64,000 bases of DNA from Limnochordales bacterium. Lineage in GTDB: Bacteria > Bacillota > Limnochordia > Limnochordales > DUMU01. Every line of letters begins with the position of its first letter. Position 1 is the stretch's first letter. The stretch is from positions 68,821 through 132,820 of the forward strand of contig JADBKP010000010.1 of NCBI GenBank assembly GCA_014896315.1, written 5' to 3'. Positions 60,113 to 64,000 of the stretch are shown here, in pieces. A model generated the notes under the pieces. The model had not been told where the DNA came from. It did no database searches and was given only the letters and a program-made list of their open reading frames with translations. The translations under genes and the position numbers were made by a program.

Positions 60113-60912
60113 CCGGGCATACCATGTGACGTTCGTTCCTCTACGGGGCAGCCGCCGCTTTGGGCTTGTCGCCGCCGGGATAGGACGCGGAACATCCCGA
60201 ACCCCTGGGAGTTGCGCTCGCCAAGACCGGCCTCGTAGGCCAGCAATAAGAGTTGCGGATCCCCTTCGATGGCGAATCTGCCCTCGTAACCCCGCACTTG
60301 AGTCCCCTGTACCTGCAGCAGTCGGGAGCGCCACTCGTGGCCAGGTTTGAACCGTACGGTGCTTGCAGGTTGCACGGGCAAGCCGAAAGCCGCCGCTTTA
60401 CGCTGCAGGTTGGCCGCGAGCACCTGCCAGAATGCTGCGTCGTACGGGGACAGATACCGTTTTTGGAGCTTCTCGCCATCTCGAACAGCCGTCGAAGCTA
60501 CGAGGGGTGAGATGGTCTCGCACCAGACGAAGCCTGACAAGTCTGGAGTCGGTTCGACTTCGACGCTGGCCACATCCAAGTTGGCGGCTCCCAAAATCGC
60601 CTGGTTCTCAGACATGAGCGCCTCCACCAGTGCTTGCATGGGGGCGAGAAGGGGTGACGAGACCCACCAGTGGATGGGCGGTGTCATACTTAGCCCATTC
60701 GAGGCGGGGCTTGCCTGGCGGGGGAAGAGCCGGGAGAAGACCATCATCTTGTAGCGGTGGCCTTCGGCTGTAAGACCCCGATCATGCAAGAGACTCCCCA
60801 GGTCAGGGCGGGCCTTAGCTATTGCCCGGTACAAGTATCCCTGCAGAAGACTGGGGTAGTGCCAGGGCAGGGTGACTGGTTCTTCCGAGGAGAATACTAC
60901 GTGCAGGCGCAT
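60097..60912 (-). CDS. cas6: CRISPR-associated endoribonuclease Cas6
   Basis: G-loop GLGERNSQGFG; LQGYLY, FSRL. Confidence 0.92.
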   Translation of the reverse strand: MRLHVVFSSEEPVTLPWHYPSLLQGYLYRAIAKARPDLGSLLHDRGLTAEGHRYKMMVFSRLFPRQASPASNGLSMTPPIHWWVSSPLLAPMQALVEALMSENQAILGAANLDVASVEVEPTPDLSGFVWCETISPLVASTAVRDGEKLQKRYLSPYDAAFWQVLAANLQRKAAAFGLPVQPASTVRFKPGHEWRSRLLQVQGTQVRGYEGRFAIEGDPQLLLLAYEAGLGERNSQGFGMFRVLSRRRQAQSGGCPVEERTSHGMPGYSCL

Positions 60913-60921
60913 AACGTTCCC

Positions 60922-61188
60922 TCACTCCAGGAATTGTTCTGTCGGGCCTTTACTCTGGCCTATTACCTCTTTCTCCAGCAACTGCCCGCGCGGTACCCGA
61001 TAAATGTAAATACTATCAGATGCCGGGTCAATAATCTTTTCCAATCCGAACTTCACATGCTCCAATTGGGCCTCGGTAAGCTCTCCCTCAAACGCGCTGT
61101 TCTGGACCCAGTATAAGAACCGCCTGAGGTATTTACAGACCTTGGCAACCCGTTCTTGTTCCACGTCGTAGACGATGACAACATACAC
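60922..61188 (-). CDS. cas2: CRISPR-associated protein Cas2
   Basis: VIVYDVEQERV, WVQNSAFEGEL, DSIYIY. Confidence 0.95.
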   Translation of the reverse strand: MYVVIVYDVEQERVAKVCKYLRRFLYWVQNSAFEGELTEAQLEHVKFGLEKIIDPASDSIYIYRVPRGQLLEKEVIGQSKGPTEQFLE

Positions 61189-61192
61189 TATC

Positions 61193-62212
61193 TTACCACC
61201 ACGCTTTGAGGGAGTTGTAGGGCTCCATCCCCATGAGATGGCGGATAAGCTTGTAGGCTTCAAGACGTATCATTTGGCGATAGGAAACATTGCGCTTTAA
61301 GCGCCGGTGATAGACTGTTGTTTGCAGTGCCGCTTCCAGCTCCTTGACCACTGTCTTGCGGGCTTCTTCGGCAAGGTAAACTGCTGGCGCTTCACCAACA
61401 GCTTCGAAGTCTTTCTCACCGATAACACCCCGGTTAAGCAGGCGAAACAGCACCCGATCGCCAACAAGCGGCTTGAAAACTTCGGCTATGTCGAGGGCGA
61501 GAGAAAAGCGGCGCTGGCCCGGTTCGTGCAGATAGCTAATTGTAGGGTTAAGCTGGGTTACGTAGATCTCGGAGAGCGTGGCGGTGTAAACCAAAGTGTT
61601 TATGAACGAAATCAGAGCATTGAGCATGTTGTTCGGTGGCCGCCGCACACGCTTCTCGAAAGGTTCCTCCAGATCGAGAATCTCGGGGAAAGCGGCGTAG
61701 TACGCCTCGTGCGCCATACCCTCTTCGCGCATCAACTCATGTATGGTCTCGCAGGAGGTGAGCCGCTCGAGGGAGAGCTCGACTGTGGCAATGGCGTTGT
61801 CGACAGCTTTGCCCCGGTTGCGATAGTAGTTTAGGTTGCGCCGGATGTGAAAAAGGCCGCTGTGAACGAATTCACGAGCGACGGTCAAGCGCTTGGCGGC
61901 ATCAAGGTAATGCTCCACCTGCCTTACAAGCAGCTGCCCACTGACGTTAGACTCACGCGGGTAGAAGCTACCAGCGTAAAAGCCGTAGTAGTTGAAGAAA
62001 TGAACAACTACACCATGCTGAGCGAGAAAAGTCAGCAGTTTCGTATTGAGATCAATCTCACCGAAAAGATAAATATCACGAATATCTTCGATGGGTATGG
62101 GCTGACGGACCGATTCGCCATTCTCGCCCTCCTGCTCGAAGTAGAGTGTATTCTGCCGGCGACGTAACCGTCCGTTCCGAAAGATGTAGTAGCTGCGGGC
62201 CAAGACCTTCAC
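61193..62212 (-). CDS. cas1: CRISPR-associated protein Cas1 (type I-B-like)
   Basis: GRLRRRQNTLYF, FFNYYGFYAGSFYP, RRPPNNMLNALISF, SYLHEP, LDIAEVFKP. Confidence 0.96.
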   Translation of the reverse strand: MKVLARSYYIFRNGRLRRRQNTLYFEQEGENGESVRQPIPIEDIRDIYLFGEIDLNTKLLTFLAQHGVVVHFFNYYGFYAGSFYPRESNVSGQLLVRQVEHYLDAAKRLTVAREFVHSGLFHIRRNLNYYRNRGKAVDNAIATVELSLERLTSCETIHELMREEGMAHEAYYAAFPEILDLEEPFEKRVRRPPNNMLNALISFINTLVYTATLSEIYVTQLNPTISYLHEPGQRRFSLALDIAEVFKPLVGDRVLFRLLNRGVIGEKDFEAVGEAPAVYLAEEARKTVVKELEAALQTTVYHRRLKRNVSYRQMIRLEAYKLIRHLMGMEPYNSLKAWW

Positions 62213-62752
62213 CTACCCCCAGCACAGGTCAGAATAGGCACAGGCACGACAGGTAGCGCTGAAATCTGCTGGCGGTGGGGAGGGCAGTTCTTCCGTACGG
62301 CGTATTTCCCGCAGGGCATCGGCGACCCGCGACTCTAGTTCGGCCGTCAGCCGGACCTCTTCACGGCGCCTTTCCTTAGGAAAGCGTAACTCGCCAACCA
62401 GGTCGCCGGCTCCCAGGCGCTTGAGATACATCAGGTAGTATGCGACTTGTAAACGGGCCGCATCTGCCAATTTGCGGGAGTGTTTCACCTCCAGCACCTT
62501 GTTGTCTGCTTCCAGCACATCGATCTTGATAAGGTCGTCGATGAGCACTTCCCGCCGAGGTATGTCGGGATAAACACGCTCATGTAGCAGGCGCCCCAGG
62601 GCGACCCGATCCGATAGTGGTTCCATGCGTAGGCCTTTGGCGTACAGCCAGACCTTCCGGTGGCAGACTGCCCAGTAGTGGAGCTTGATGCCATTCGTGC
62701 GCAGCCTATCGAATTCCTCGTCGGGCATGGCGTCGAGTGGTGAAGGTGCCAC
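62213..62752 (-). CDS. cas4: CRISPR-associated protein Cas4
   Basis: CHRKVWL, KIDV, EVKHS, QVAYY, CRACAYSDLC. Confidence 0.95.
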   Translation of the reverse strand: MAPSPLDAMPDEEFDRLRTNGIKLHYWAVCHRKVWLYAKGLRMEPLSDRVALGRLLHERVYPDIPRREVLIDDLIKIDVLEADNKVLEVKHSRKLADAARLQVAYYLMYLKRLGAGDLVGELRFPKERRREEVRLTAELESRVADALREIRRTEELPSPPPADFSATCRACAYSDLCWG

Positions 62753-62786
62753 AGCTATTCACACCTCGGGCCCAAACCTGTCCCTC

Positions 62787-64000
62787 TTACAAGATCTGGG
62801 TGTCTACTGGCATACCGCCCTCACCAGGCGGGCACAATCCTAGGTCTTCATCGTAAGGAAGTGCCACTACATAACACTCGAGATCCCGGCAAGGAGAAAA
62901 CCATTCGGCATGGTTCTTGAGCCAGTATATCGGTACTGGAACAAGTAATTCGACAAGCCGCCAATGCTCTCCTTGATGGATCAAACCGTAAGCTGCGTCC
63001 CGGAAGGCGACAGGAAGCACTTCGATAGAAAGATGCCCCCGTCGCGCGGTGAATTTTGAGCGCATCTCTTCGTCTTCAAGGTCTATCGTGTAACAACCTA
63101 AAGCTGTTTGTACCTCCACGAGAGTGTTTCGCCCGTCTTGGATTTCCTCCAAGTACGCAGCTTGTGCCGCGGTTTGATCATAAAGCCTATCGGCCGCTTC
63201 AGCCATCTCACGATCGGTCGGACGCTCAGGAAGGCCCGCCAGTATGGCAGCACTCCTGCACAATACATCTTTTCCGTATACGGTCTCTGAACCTTTTGAC
63301 CATTCTTCGAAAACGAAGACTGGTGCTGGTGGCTTATCCGCTTTGCGATTAATCCGCCCCATGCGTTGTACAAGCGCGTCTATGGGAGCTAATTCGGTGA
63401 ACAGCACGTCGTAAGAGATATCTAGACTTACCTCAACAACCTGAGTAGAGACGAGGATTGTCCCTGGTCTTGGACTTTCAAGTTGCTTCTCCTTGCGTTG
63501 GCGGTCGCGAAATGCGAAGCGAGAGTGGAGCAGGATTAGATGCACTTGTGGATCAACCTTTGCCCGGAGTGCCCTGTAAATAGCTTGGGCATGGTCAACC
63601 GTATTGGCAATAACCAACACCGTCTTGCCATCTTTCGCATGATGGAGAATCCCATCCAATGCCCCCAGCAAGGGTCCTGGGCGGAGTTGCAGGTGATGGC
63701 GTTGGCGCTTCCAAAGGGGGGCTTCCGCCTCCACAAGAGTTGCTTCACCGAAGTGCTTAATCAGAGCTTCTGGCAGCGTGGCGCTGGCCAGCGCAAGACG
63801 TGCGGGGGGTTCTTGATCTGGTGCCTGCAAAAGAAGCCCGAGCGTATACGGTTCGTAGCTGTGGATCTCGTCCAGGACGATTGTGGCCCGGCGAGCAAGA
63901 GCCAGCCTTTCTTCCCAGTGCCTGCCATGCAGGTGTGCCAGCAAGTACTGGTCAAGAGTAGCTACGACCACTGGCTTGGCAAAGACTGAGGCAAACAGGC
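62787..64000 (-). CDS. cas3: CRISPR-associated helicase Cas3 (partial; runs off the window end)
   Basis: IVLDEIH, SATLP, LLHSRF, TQVVEVSLDI, QRMGRINR; frame stays open to 64000. Confidence 0.93.
   Translation of the reverse strand, partial: LFASVFAKPVVVATLDQYLLAHLHGRHWEERLALARRATIVLDEIHSYEPYTLGLLLQAPDQEPPARLALASATLPEALIKHFGEATLVEAEAPLWKRQRHHLQLRPGPLLGALDGILHHAKDGKTVLVIANTVDHAQAIYRALRAKVDPQVHLILLHSRFAFRDRQRKEKQLESPRPGTILVSTQVVEVSLDISYDVLFTELAPIDALVQRMGRINRKADKPPAPVFVFEEWSKGSETVYGKDVLCRSAAILAGLPERPTDREMAEAADRLYDQTAAQAAYLEEIQDGRNTLVEVQTALGCYTIDLEDEEMRSKFTARRGHLSIEVLPVAFRDAAYGLIHQGEHWRLVELLVPVPIYWLKNHAEWFSPCRDLECYVVALPYDEDLGLCPPGEGGMPVDTQIL

Overview
High-GC, spore-forming Bacillota (Firmicutes) DNA in three parts. 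(1) 1-11.2 kb is core genome: spoVT, yabM-like flippase, mazG, hup (inverted), yabP, yabQ, divIC, an inserted SAM-riboswitch-controlled metY-metX operon, an S1 protein, DUF501 and tRNA-Leu/Met/Lys. (2) From the tRNA-Lys 3' end to about 49 kb is an accessory region. It holds three MNT/HEPN pairs, a VapBC pair, a solo HEPN-like gene and IS256/IS1182/IS630/IS21 remnants. It also holds a Crp/Fnr-HMA-P1B-ATPase metal module, a decaying mnxE-mnxF-mnxG-like multicopper (manganese) oxidase locus, an orphan flagellin, and a sugar-use locus with two permease-less binding proteins and an FGE-domain/BNR fusion. (3) 49.3-64 kb is a type I-B-like CRISPR-Cas region: a 33-repeat array, a frameshifted P-type ATPase, a SNF2 + SWIM pair, and cas6-cas2-cas1-cas4-cas3 (partial) on the minus strand. 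Most striking observation: spacers 11-13 are a mosaic of earlier spacers, joined inside spacers rather than at repeats (S11 = S8 5' part + S4 3' part; S12 = S5; S13 = S6 5' part + S10 3' part). Second: a single IS256 remnant has replaced the 3' half of an mnxE-like gene and the 5' half of an mnxF-like gene, and mnxG carries a 5' frameshift. All family calls are by motif recognition and recall; no database search was run.
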